From Candidatus Eiseniibacteriota bacterium (GTDB taxonomy: Bacteria > Eisenbacteria > RBG-16-71-46 > CAIMUX01), in the NCBI GenBank assembly GCA_903844735.1, contig CAIMUX010000086.1, positions 9,074-73,073 of the forward strand: 64,000 bases of DNA. Reading direction: 5' to 3'. Below the pieces are notes generated by a model that had not been told where the DNA came from, did not search any database, and saw only the letters and a list, made by a program, of their open reading frames with translations. Each line of letters starts with the position of its first letter. Positions within the stretch are counted from its first letter, which is position 1. This document shows, piece after piece, positions 54,991-63,464 of the stretch. A program made the translations under genes and the position numbers.

Positions 54991-55918
54991 GCTGCGCAGC
55001 CTGCGCCTCGTGACGGGCGGCGTGTCCGCTGACGGGAAGACCCCGCCCTCCCATCGCGGCCGCCGGGCGGGTCCTGCTTTCGACGCTCGTGGGCCGATCC
55101 CGGACCGCCCGCGGGTCCGCTCCATCGCGTTGACCAGCGGCAAGGGCGGCGTCGGGAAGACCTCCATCGCCACCAACCTCGCCATCGCCTTTGCGCGGGA
55201 GGGGCGCCGGGTTCTCCTGGTCGACGGCGATCTGTCGCTGGCCAATGTCGACCTGCTTCTCGGGGTGGTGCCGCAGAAGAATCTCGGCGATGTCATCTTT
55301 GGCCGCGCCTCGATCGAACAAGTGGTGCTGAAGACGGTCGATGGCGTGCTTCTGCTCCCTTCCGCCTCGGGTGTGGAGGAACTGGCTGACCTCGACGACT
55401 TCCGCCGAGAACGGCTGCTGCGCGAGCTGGCCCGACTGGAGGATTCGGTCGAGCTGATCCTGCTGGACACCGGCTCGGGGATCGGACGCCAGACCATCCA
55501 TTTCGCGCGCGCAGCCGACGATGTGGTGGTGGTGACCACGCCGGAGCCGACGGCGTTCAGCGACGCATATGCCACCTTGAAGGTCTTGAGCCAGGGGCGC
55601 CTTCGCGGCCGACCCGGCATCGTGGTGAACATGGCGGCCACGCCCGAGGAGGGGCGCGAGACGGAGCGCCGGATCCGTCTGGTGGCGGAGCGCTTCCTTC
55701 AGCTCAAGCCGGAATACTTAGGCCACATCGCCCTCGACCCGTCGGTAGGGCGTGCGGTGCGTCAGCAGCAACCGCTGCTGAAGGCTTTCCCGCGCAGTCC
55801 GGCCGCGGCCGGCATCGAGGCTCTGGCCGCGCGGCTGCTTGTCGATCCGCCATGGCCGGAGCCCGGAGAGGTCGACCCGGAGGGGTTCTTTCTGAAGGTG
55901 GCGAACTTCGATGGTTGA
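54971..55918 (+). CDS. flhG: MinD-type ATPase FlhG/FleN (flagellar number regulator)
   Basis: Deviant Walker A 'SGKGGVGKTSIATNLAIAFAREGRRVLLVDGD', 'LILLDTGSGIG'. Follows flhF. Confidence 0.85.
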   Translation: MADQADKLRSLRLVTGGVSADGKTPPSHRGRRAGPAFDARGPIPDRPRVRSIALTSGKGGVGKTSIATNLAIAFAREGRRVLLVDGDLSLANVDLLLGVVPQKNLGDVIFGRASIEQVVLKTVDGVLLLPSASGVEELADLDDFRRERLLRELARLEDSVELILLDTGSGIGRQTIHFARAADDVVVVTTPEPTAFSDAYATLKVLSQGRLRGRPGIVVNMAATPEEGRETERRIRLVAERFLQLKPEYLGHIALDPSVGRAVRQQQPLLKAFPRSPAAAGIEALAARLLVDPPWPEPGEVDPEGFFLKVANFDG

Positions 55919-55975
55919 GCGGGGAGAGGATCTGCGCGGAACGAAGTCCGGGGCGGGAGCGTCCCGGGGAAAGGT

Positions 55976-56257
55976 GTGGCGATGAACCGGATCGTGGAGA
56001 GCCTGTCGCTCTTGCTCGCCAGCGGTGGGGCGCTCTTAGTCGCGGTCGTCGGTGCCTCGCGGGATCTCCCGCCGCTCACGCTCCTCGTGCGGGCAGCCCT
56101 CGCGGGCGGCGTCGTCTACGTCTTCGTGCGCGTGGCGGGGGATCTGGGGGGGCGCGCCGTCTTACGGCAGGTGGCCGAGCGCGAGCTGGCTCGCGAGGCG
56201 AGCAAGACACAGGGTGGCGCGGCGGGGGAAGGCCCCGACGCGCGTAAAGCAGCGTAG
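55976..56257 (+). CDS. Small hypothetical membrane protein between flhG and fliA
   Basis: 93 aa, two hydrophobic segments 'SLSLLLASGGALLVAVVGA' and 'LLVRAALAGGVVYVFVRVAG'. No family recognised. Confidence 0.3.
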   Translation: MAMNRIVESLSLLLASGGALLVAVVGASRDLPPLTLLVRAALAGGVVYVFVRVAGDLGGRAVLRQVAERELAREASKTQGGAAGEGPDARKAA

Positions 56258-56278
56258 TCCGAGAGCACGGAGGGAACG

Positions 56279-57049
56279 ATGCCCATCAGTCAGGCGGTGC
56301 GCAAAGCGGCGCCGGCACCTTGTCCGCAGCAGGCCCAGGTGGTTGAGAGCCGGGATACGGCGCTGCGCCGGTACTTCCCTTTGGTCAAGTATGTGGTCGA
56401 TAAGATCGCCGCCGGACTGCCGAAGTCGATCGATCGGGACGACCTGATCAACACGGCGCTCATCGGCCTTTTCGACGCCCTCGAAAAGTACGATGCCGAC
56501 CGCGGGACCAAGTTCGAAACCTATGCCATCTGGCGGATCAAGGGGGCAGTCCTCGACGAACTGCGCACCATGGACTGGGCCTCTCGCACCACCCGCCGCA
56601 AGGCGCGCGAAATCGAGAAGGTCTCGCAGCGCCTCGATCAGAAGATGGGGCGCGGGGCGACCGAGCAGGAGATGGCTGATGCTCTGGGCATCTCGCAGCA
56701 TGAGTTCATGCGCCAGTTAGAGGAGGTGCGCGGCACCGTGCTCCTCTCCCTAGACCAGTCACTGCAGGTGGATGACGAGCACGACATCGCCGGTCTCGCC
56801 GACATGATCGAGGACAGCACCGTCGAGAACACCCTGGTGACCATCGAGCGGGAAGAGTCCCGCTACTTCCTTCTCGACTTAGTCAATGGGCTGACGGAGC
56901 AGGAACGCCTCGTGGTCGCTCTCTACTACTACGAGGAGATGACCCTGAAGGAGATCGGCGAGACGCTGAACATCTCCGAATCGAGGGTCTCCCAGATCCA
57001 CACCAAGGCGATCCTGCGCCTCAAGGGAAGGCTGGGCCGGCCCCGCTGA
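56279..57049 (+). CDS. fliA: Flagellar sigma factor FliA (sigma-28 / SigD)
   Basis: Region 2 'YFPLVKYVVDKIAAGLPKSIDRDDLINTALIGLFDALEKYDADRGTKFETYAIWRIKGAVLDELR', region 4 'LTEQERLVVALYYYEEMTLKEIGETLNISESRVSQIHTKAILRLK'. Confidence 0.9.
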   Translation: MPISQAVRKAAPAPCPQQAQVVESRDTALRRYFPLVKYVVDKIAAGLPKSIDRDDLINTALIGLFDALEKYDADRGTKFETYAIWRIKGAVLDELRTMDWASRTTRRKAREIEKVSQRLDQKMGRGATEQEMADALGISQHEFMRQLEEVRGTVLLSLDQSLQVDDEHDIAGLADMIEDSTVENTLVTIEREESRYFLLDLVNGLTEQERLVVALYYYEEMTLKEIGETLNISESRVSQIHTKAILRLKGRLGRPR

Positions 57050-57080
57050 GGGTGCCGTCGGGGGCAGAACGGAGGCGGCC

Positions 57081-57398
57081 GTGGGCGAGATCGGGGGAGT
57101 CAAGCAGGCCCTTATCCAGGCCCAGGCGGCAGAGCGCCTGCAGGAAGCGGCGAGGCGGATCGGGGACCATCAGCAACAAGGCTTTGCCGTAACCCTGGAC
57201 CGCCAGGTCGACCACCGCGAGCACACGGTCACCGAAAAAGAGAAGGTGGCTTCCGAGGAACTTGATCCGAACGCGAAGCGGAAAAAGGAAGAAGCGCCGC
57301 GGCCGGCGAACGAGGGCACGGACGCAGACGAGAGCCCGGCGGAGCCCGGGTGGGACGAGGAGGAGGACCGGGGACGCCACGTCGACGCGCGGGCGTGA
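57081..57398 (+). CDS. Hypothetical charged protein downstream of fliA
   Basis: 105-aa ORF with GTG start, highly charged ('...EKEKVASEELDPNAKRKKEEAPRPANEGTDADE...'). No family. Could be noncoding. Confidence 0.2.
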   Translation: MGEIGGVKQALIQAQAAERLQEAARRIGDHQQQGFAVTLDRQVDHREHTVTEKEKVASEELDPNAKRKKEEAPRPANEGTDADESPAEPGWDEEEDRGRHVDARA

Positions 57399-57423
57399 AC
57401 CGGTTCGGGAAGGAATCCCGGTC

Positions 57424-59172
57424 ATGAAGGCCAAGAAACTGATGCGGTGGACACTGGCCCTGGCTCTAACGGGCGTCTGTGCTGCTCTGGCGGTGGTCAC
57501 GCTCGACGCGTGGACGGGCACGGGCGCCACGGCTCACCTGTCGGCGCCGCCGCCGGTGGTAACCTCCGCGGTGCCGATCGTCCCCCCGGCGACCGATTCT
57601 TCGTTGGCGGATTCGCCGGTGGTCGGGGCGATCACGGAGACCGCGTTGACCGTGGTCGGGCTCCCGCCTGAAGGTCCCCAAGCGGTTCCGGCCGGGTCGC
57701 CCGGCGCCGCGCGGCCGACCGGGGACGATGGGGTGATGCTGGCCGCCGCACCGCCCGTTCCGGCCGGCGAGGGGCGCCTCTTGGAGCAAATCGAAACCGC
57801 GAGGGTCGGTTTGTTCGCAGCGCAGGTGACGGTGCCGGCGCGCCCGGCCGCTCGATCGGCCTGGCTGCCGGTGATCTTTCTTGCCGGGGGGGGCGGCCTC
57901 ATTGGCTGCGCTCTCGGTCTAGGTTTGGGCTCGCTGATCCTGCGCCGGCGCGCCGTCCGGCGCACGGTGGGCACGACCGCGACCGCCGCGGCCCCTTCCC
58001 GGGAGTCGCGCACGAAGGAGGTCGCGCCGGATGACTCCGCCGCAGCGGTGCTCCAAGCCGCGCGCGCCGAACTGGCCGCGCGCGCGGCTTGGGATCGCGG
58101 GTCGCCGGCCGTGAGCGCCGGCCCGGGGGCCGAGGCTCGAATACAGGCCCTTTCCCGTCTTGCCGCGGCTGGCGAGTTCGCCGCAACCGGCGAGTTCGCA
58201 ACCGCGCCGTCGATCGTCTCGTCGCCGGTTCCCGCGTTGCCGGCAACCACATCGTCGACCGGCCACGAAACTGTCCCCATCCGCCCGCATCGCACCTCGT
58301 TCTTCGGGATCGCTCCGCGCCGACGCAGCACGGTGGATTATGCCCATGCCGCGAGCTTGCATGCCGCCGGTCCCCCTCCGGGTGCTTCCACGGCCGCGAG
58401 AGCGCGGGCTATCGATGCAACCGATGACTTTCCGATGCGTCGACAGGAGGCCGACCCGGTTGATCGGCGGATCGCCGCCATCGAGCGGTCACTGCTCCAA
58501 GTGGTTCGCGCCATGGAAGAGGTCGCCGAGCGGGTGGCGGATCGAGAGACGTCATCGGTACGTCTGCGCGCCGGCACCCGTGCGTCCGGGCAGGGTGCCG
58601 GGCAAGACGGCGGGCAGGACAGCTCGGGCCTCGAGCAGACTGACCCCGTCGCCCCCCGCCTTCCCAGCGAAGACGATGAGGATTCAAAACACGACGCCTT
58701 TGCTCCGCCGATGCGCGCCCCCCGCCGCCACGAGCGGGAGGCCCGGCCGCGGGTGGCTGCGTCGTCGTCGCCGATTGCGGCTTTGCGTTCGGTAGCCCCT
58801 GTGGCCTCCGGGCCCGTCGCGGCCCCGGCGCGCCCGGCCGCGAGCGTAGTCCGCGCTGTGCGTGCCTTGCGCGCCGCGCGTGATCAGACGCCCGCGGCAC
58901 CCGAGCCATGGGATCTTTCTCCTGCCGCCCCGCCGCCCCGGGATCCGGCAGTCACGGTGCGACAGGAACCTGCTCCGTCGATCCCGTCAGCGTCCACGGC
59001 GGATGGTCGCGATTTGGTGCGGATCCGCCGCGCAGTGCTGCGCCTCGCCGCCGAGGGCTGGGACGGGGGGCGCATCGCCGAACAGCTCCGCCTGGGCGAG
59101 GGCGACGTCGCACTCATCGTGAAGACGGCGGGTGTCGAGCGGCGGCTCCAGCCGACCGGGCGCGGACGGTGA
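57424..59172 (+). CDS. Pro/Ala-rich membrane-anchored protein with C-terminal HTH-like segment
   Basis: RBS GGAAGGA, N-terminal TM 'LMRWTLALALTGVCAALAVVTL', long Ala/Pro/Ser-rich body. C-terminal 'LVRIRRAVLRLAAEGWDGGRIAEQLRLGEGDVALIVKTA' resembles a LuxR/GerE-type HTH. Weak. Confidence 0.45.
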   Translation: MKAKKLMRWTLALALTGVCAALAVVTLDAWTGTGATAHLSAPPPVVTSAVPIVPPATDSSLADSPVVGAITETALTVVGLPPEGPQAVPAGSPGAARPTGDDGVMLAAAPPVPAGEGRLLEQIETARVGLFAAQVTVPARPAARSAWLPVIFLAGGGGLIGCALGLGLGSLILRRRAVRRTVGTTATAAAPSRESRTKEVAPDDSAAAVLQAARAELAARAAWDRGSPAVSAGPGAEARIQALSRLAAAGEFAATGEFATAPSIVSSPVPALPATTSSTGHETVPIRPHRTSFFGIAPRRRSTVDYAHAASLHAAGPPPGASTAARARAIDATDDFPMRRQEADPVDRRIAAIERSLLQVVRAMEEVAERVADRETSSVRLRAGTRASGQGAGQDGGQDSSGLEQTDPVAPRLPSEDDEDSKHDAFAPPMRAPRRHEREARPRVAASSSPIAALRSVAPVASGPVAAPARPAASVVRAVRALRAARDQTPAAPEPWDLSPAAPPPRDPAVTVRQEPAPSIPSASTADGRDLVRIRRAVLRLAAEGWDGGRIAEQLRLGEGDVALIVKTAGVERRLQPTGRGR

Positions 59173-60056
59173 ACGGGCCATCCGGCATCGGCCGTCCGCG
59201 CGCGACGTCGGCGGCGCCGACGGCCGCCGCGCCACCGCGGGACCGCCGCGAGGAATTGCTCGCAGCTCTCGATGAGGTGCCCCCGCTGGGTCCGGTGGCG
59301 CTGCGCGTACTTGAGCTTCTGAACGACCCGAATGCGAGCGCGGCCGATCTCGCCCGCGTGGTCTCTCGCGACCAGGGCCTGAGCGCGAAACTCCTGCGCA
59401 CCTGCAACTCGTCGTTCGTGTCGCCGATCGAGCCCGTTACCAGCCTCCCGCAAGCGGTGGTCACCCTCGGCCTGCGTGCGGTTCGTAATCTGGTGCTTTT
59501 CGATGCGATGCCGGTGGGAAAGGCCGGCGGCGCCTGGACTGAGGCGGAGCAGCGGATCTGGACGCACGCGATCGGCTCGGCGCTTGGGAGCCGTCTCCTC
59601 GCGATGGAGAAGGGTGGGGTTGACCCGGAGCTGGCGTTCCTCGGCGGGCTGTTTCATGACCTGGGCCGAATTCTCCTCTTGCAGGTGCGGCCGATGACCT
59701 ACAACGCACTCTGCGGCGCAGCAGCTCCCGGGCTGCCCGAGCGCTTGGTGGAGCACGAGTGCCTGGGCGCGGACCATACGGAGATCGGCGGTGCGGTTCT
59801 GCGCCGGTGGGGAATGGGCGACGAATTGGCGGCCGTCGCCGAACGCCATCACAACGATCCGGCGTCGCTCGATCCGCTGACCCTCCTCGTGGTGGCGGCC
59901 GAGTGCCTGCTCGAGACGGGGGCCGAGGAACCGCCCCCTTTGCACGTAGCGGCGGCCGCTCGGATCGGGTTGGTCCCGGCCCGCCAGGAGAATCTGCGCG
60001 AGCGCCTGCACGGGGCGCTCCAAAAGGAACAGGAATTCTTTCACTTGTCGGCGTGA
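59169..60056 (+). CDS. HDOD-domain signalling protein
   Basis: 'LRVLELLNDPNASAADLARVVSRDQGLSAKLLRTCNSSFV...SLPQAVVTLGLRAVRNLVL...HAIGSALGSRLLA...LGGLFHDLGRILL...HTEIGGAVLRRWGMGDELAAVAERHH'. Typical HDOD layout. Confidence 0.7.
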   Translation: MNGPSGIGRPRATSAAPTAAAPPRDRREELLAALDEVPPLGPVALRVLELLNDPNASAADLARVVSRDQGLSAKLLRTCNSSFVSPIEPVTSLPQAVVTLGLRAVRNLVLFDAMPVGKAGGAWTEAEQRIWTHAIGSALGSRLLAMEKGGVDPELAFLGGLFHDLGRILLLQVRPMTYNALCGAAAPGLPERLVEHECLGADHTEIGGAVLRRWGMGDELAAVAERHHNDPASLDPLTLLVVAAECLLETGAEEPPPLHVAAAARIGLVPARQENLRERLHGALQKEQEFFHLSA

Positions 60057-60159
60057 GCTCGGTCGAAACGAGCGCCGCATCGGCGGGTGATTTGGAATGG
60101 CCCCGGGGAAGGGATCCGTGGGGTCTTGGGCCGGGATCGAGGAAGGGGAGTCTAGGATC

Positions 60160-61398
60160 ATGCGCCGGAGAAACGGGAACGGTACCCAGCAGCTCCAGGA
60201 TGTCACCGAGAAGTTCCGCCGCGGTGAAATCAAGCTCATCCGGATCATGGAGGAGGAAGGACTGATCACGGAGCGGGAACGCACCGGCCTGGCCGAGCGT
60301 GTCGATCGCGCGGTCACCCAGAAGCGATCCTCCGAGGTCCTTGCCACCGCGCACACCATTCATAACCGGTTGATCCGCACCCTCCAGACTGCCAAGACGG
60401 TTGGGCAGAAGACCGGTCCCCCCACAGAGCTGGATGTCTTGAGTGAGATGAGTCGCCTGATCCAGGCCGACATCGGCCGGGACCGGCTCTTCGAACAGAT
60501 CCTCGACCTCATAGCCAGCGGAATCCCTTTCGAGAACGGCACCATCTTCACTCTCAATCGCACGACCGGGCAACTCGCTCCCGCGGGCGTGCGCGGGGCC
60601 CAGGTCGACCTCATCGGCGGCGTTCACTTCGACATGGGCTTTGGCTTCTCTTCATGGGTGGCCAAGCAGAAGAAGCCGATCCTCCTGAACGACCTTCACT
60701 CGTCGCAACGGGATGGCCGACCCGACATCGGCTCATTTCTCTCGGTACCGATGGTGGTGCAGGGAGAACTCATCGGCGTGCTCAATCTCTCTCACCCGGC
60801 CAACGCCGCCTTCAACGAGGATCACCTGCGACTGCTCACCCTTGTCGCCTCCCAGGCCGCGGCGATTCTCCAGCGCGTCCTCATGTACGAGGAGGTGGCC
60901 AGGCTCGCCGTCACCGACGATCTGACCGGCCTGCACAACCGGCGTCACTTCCATGATCGCCTCGCCGACGAAATCCGCCGCTGCCAGCGGTATGGCTGCT
61001 GCTTCTCGGTTCTCTACCTCGACATCGACAACTTCAAGGTCATCAACGACACGTGGGGACACGCCCTGGGCGACCGTATCCTCGCCGACCTCGGCAAAGT
61101 GATGGTTCGCTGGGGCCGCTCTTCCGACTTGGTGGCGCGCATCGGCGGTGAGGAGTTCGCGGCACTGCTGCCGATGACCGACGCAGCCCAGGCGATCCGG
61201 GCGGCCGATCGGTTGCGGGCCATGGTGGCCGATCACTCCTTCCCCCGCCGCAAACGACTCACCGTCTCTCTCGGCATCGCGTCTTTCCCCGGAGACGGGC
61301 AAACTGCCGAGGATCTGCTCAAGAAGGCGGATGCCGCCCTGTACGTGGCCAAGAAACTGGGACGGAACCGCACCGTGGCGAGCGGCGTGGCCGCGTGA
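60160..61398 (+). CDS. GAF-GGDEF diguanylate cyclase (active-site GGEEF)
   Basis: GAF-like N-terminus. GGDEF domain 'DDLTGLHNRRHFHDRLADEIRRCQRYGCCFSVLYLDIDNFKVINDTWGHALGDRILADLG...RIGGEEFAALLP'. Confidence 0.8.
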   Translation: MRRRNGNGTQQLQDVTEKFRRGEIKLIRIMEEEGLITERERTGLAERVDRAVTQKRSSEVLATAHTIHNRLIRTLQTAKTVGQKTGPPTELDVLSEMSRLIQADIGRDRLFEQILDLIASGIPFENGTIFTLNRTTGQLAPAGVRGAQVDLIGGVHFDMGFGFSSWVAKQKKPILLNDLHSSQRDGRPDIGSFLSVPMVVQGELIGVLNLSHPANAAFNEDHLRLLTLVASQAAAILQRVLMYEEVARLAVTDDLTGLHNRRHFHDRLADEIRRCQRYGCCFSVLYLDIDNFKVINDTWGHALGDRILADLGKVMVRWGRSSDLVARIGGEEFAALLPMTDAAQAIRAADRLRAMVADHSFPRRKRLTVSLGIASFPGDGQTAEDLLKKADAALYVAKKLGRNRTVASGVAA

Positions 61399-61438
61399 GG
61401 CCGCCTCCCGGCAGAAGCCGGGAACGAAAGGGGGAGGC

Positions 61439-61894
61439 ATGGACGCGCCTGACAACGAGGCCCGAAGACCCCGCATCCTCATCGTCGACGATGAGCCTGA
61501 ACTCCTGGTCATCCTCCGGGAGTTCCTAGGGGGGGAGTTCGAGCTGGAGGAAGCCGCCACCGGGTCCGAGGCGTTGGAGATGCTGGCGCGAGGCGCCTTC
61601 GCCCTGGTGCTGACCGACATCAACCTGCCGGGAGCCGACGGGATCGCCGTGCTGCGGGCCGCAAAGGCGGCCGATCCCGAGACCGAAGTCATCATGCTGA
61701 CCGGAAACGCCTCGACGATGACCGCCATCGAGGCACTCCGCGACGGCGCCTACGACTATCTGGCGAAGCCGTTCGATCTGCTCGAACTGGATCAGTCTCT
61801 GCGCCGCGCGCTGGAGGGGGCGGCGCCTGCGGGGCGAGAACCGACGGTTCGTGCAGCAGTTGCAGGTGGCCAACCTGGAACTGCAAACCAGTGA
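61439..61894 (+). CDS. Receiver (REC) domain, apparently the frameshifted N-terminal part of a REC-GAF-histidine kinase hybrid
   Basis: 'RILIVDDEPELLVILREFL...ALVLTDINLPGADGIAVLRAAK...VIMLTGNASTMTAIEALRDGAYDYLAKPFDLLELDQSLRRALEG'. The typical post-receiver linker 'LRGENRRFVQQLQVANLELQTSEEALRR' continues in the +1 frame, which is the kinase ORF. Confidence 0.6.
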   Translation: MDAPDNEARRPRILIVDDEPELLVILREFLGGEFELEEAATGSEALEMLARGAFALVLTDINLPGADGIAVLRAAKAADPETEVIMLTGNASTMTAIEALRDGAYDYLAKPFDLLELDQSLRRALEGAAPAGREPTVRAAVAGGQPGTANQ

Positions 61895-63200
61895 GGAGGC
61901 GTTGCGGCGCCACCGCGACGCGTTGAAGGGGATCGTGGAAGAGGCGACGCGTCGTGTGCGCACGCTGCACGAGTTGGGACGCCAGATCACCTCCTCGCTG
62001 AACCTCGAGCAGACCCTCGGTCTAGTGCTCGATAAGAGCCTGGAGCTGACCGGGACCGCGGAGGGGCTCCTCTTCCTGGCCGACGAACCGGGTGGGCCGC
62101 TCGTCTGCCGCGAGGGACGCGGGCTGATTCCGGATCCGGTCGGCGATGGGGCACTCGTCGCCGCCTTCGATTCGGTGACCGCTCGCCTGCGCGAGGGGCG
62201 CCGGCCGGCTGAGGGGACGGTCATCCTGGAGGGCGGGGCGACCCGCGAGGCGTACGCCGTTCCCCTGCTGCAGGAGGGGGAGGTGCGGGGCAGCGTCGTT
62301 ATTCTCACGCCCGGGGGCGGGCTCCTTTCCGACGACGACCGTGATCTCCTCGCCGGCCTCGCGGCCCAGGCCGCCATTGCGGTGCACAACGCCACCCTCT
62401 TCACGCGCATGCGCGACATCGAGCGGATGAAGTCCGAATTCGTGGCCGTGGTCTCGCATGAGCTGCGCACCCCGCTCACAGCCATCAAAGGGACGCTCGA
62501 ACTGCTCGCCGATCCGCGCTACTTCCCGGTGGAATCGAGACAAGGAGAGCTGTTCGCCATCTGCGAGGCCAACACCGAGCGGCTCGAGGCGCTCGTCAAT
62601 GACATCCTCGACCTGTCCAAGCTCGAGTCGTCGCGCCTGTCCAGCCACCCCGTGGAAACGTCGCTCGCCACCTTGGTGCGCGGGGCGGTGTTGAACCTCG
62701 GCAACCTGGCGGGGCGGAAGGAACTCCGCATCGTGACCGAAGTGACGGACGACTTGCCACTGGTGCGAGCTGACGAGCGGCGGATCGTGCAGGTGCTCTT
62801 GAATCTTCTGTCCAATGCCGTGAAGTTCTCGCCGGCGGGGGCGGAGATCACCGTGGCACTGCGATCCGTTTCCGGCGGAGTCTGCGTCGAGATTCGTGAC
62901 TCGGGCATCGGCATCGCGGCCGAGGATCTTCCGAAACTCTTCAGCCGGTTCCGCCAACTCGACGCGTCCAACACCAGGGCAGCGGGAGGGACCGGTCTCG
63001 GCCTCGTCATCTCGCGAGGGATCGTGGAGGAGCATGGCGGCAGGATCCACGCCGTGTCGACGCCGGGTGCGGGAAGCGTGTTCTCGTTCTGGCTGCCGGG
63101 AATCACCGCTCCCGAAGACGCCGACGAAACGGGGAGCGCTCCGGCGCCCTCTCCGGCCTTCCCGGAGCCGGAATCGCAGTGTAGCGTTGCGCGAGACTGA
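61851..63200 (+). CDS. GAF-histidine kinase (HisKA + HATPase); the real reading frame continues from ~61826 and joins the upstream REC domain after correction of a 1-nt indel
   Basis: GAF 'LEQTLGLVLDKSLELTGTAEGLLFL', H-box 'EFVAVVSHELRTPLTAIKG', 'VLLNLLSNAVKFSP', 'IRDSGIGIAAEDLPKLFSRFRQLD...GTGLGLVISRGIVEEHGG'. Confidence 0.75.
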   Translation: MQQLQVANLELQTSEEALRRHRDALKGIVEEATRRVRTLHELGRQITSSLNLEQTLGLVLDKSLELTGTAEGLLFLADEPGGPLVCREGRGLIPDPVGDGALVAAFDSVTARLREGRRPAEGTVILEGGATREAYAVPLLQEGEVRGSVVILTPGGGLLSDDDRDLLAGLAAQAAIAVHNATLFTRMRDIERMKSEFVAVVSHELRTPLTAIKGTLELLADPRYFPVESRQGELFAICEANTERLEALVNDILDLSKLESSRLSSHPVETSLATLVRGAVLNLGNLAGRKELRIVTEVTDDLPLVRADERRIVQVLLNLLSNAVKFSPAGAEITVALRSVSGGVCVEIRDSGIGIAAEDLPKLFSRFRQLDASNTRAAGGTGLGLVISRGIVEEHGGRIHAVSTPGAGSVFSFWLPGITAPEDADETGSAPAPSPAFPEPESQCSVARD

Positions 63201-63243
63201 CGGGGCCGAGTCTGGAGACAGCAGACAGTAGACAAAAGTCAGG

Positions 63244-63320
63244 ATTCGGAAGCCCTTTGTCCGAAGCCTCAAGCCCGAAACCTGAAGCCAGTCGTATTCG
63301 CTCCCTGCTCCGAATCTCAG
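63244..63320. repeat. Copy C of the CCGAA-rich / CTCCGAATCTCAG motif
   Basis: 'ggattcggaagccctttgtccgaagcctcaagcccgaaacctgaagcc...gctccgaatctcag' lies about 145 nt upstream of ATG 63465. Confidence 0.5.
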
Positions 63321-63464
63321 GACAGGAGAATCCGGTTGCAATTCCCGGGCCGCCTTCCTACCTTCGCGCACAGGCGACCGGTCTTCGGCCGCCGGCCGGG
63401 ATGCGGGATGCGTCCCGGCCCCGGTCATGGGGCCGGAGGGCGGAAGGACAGGAGGCCTGAGGGA

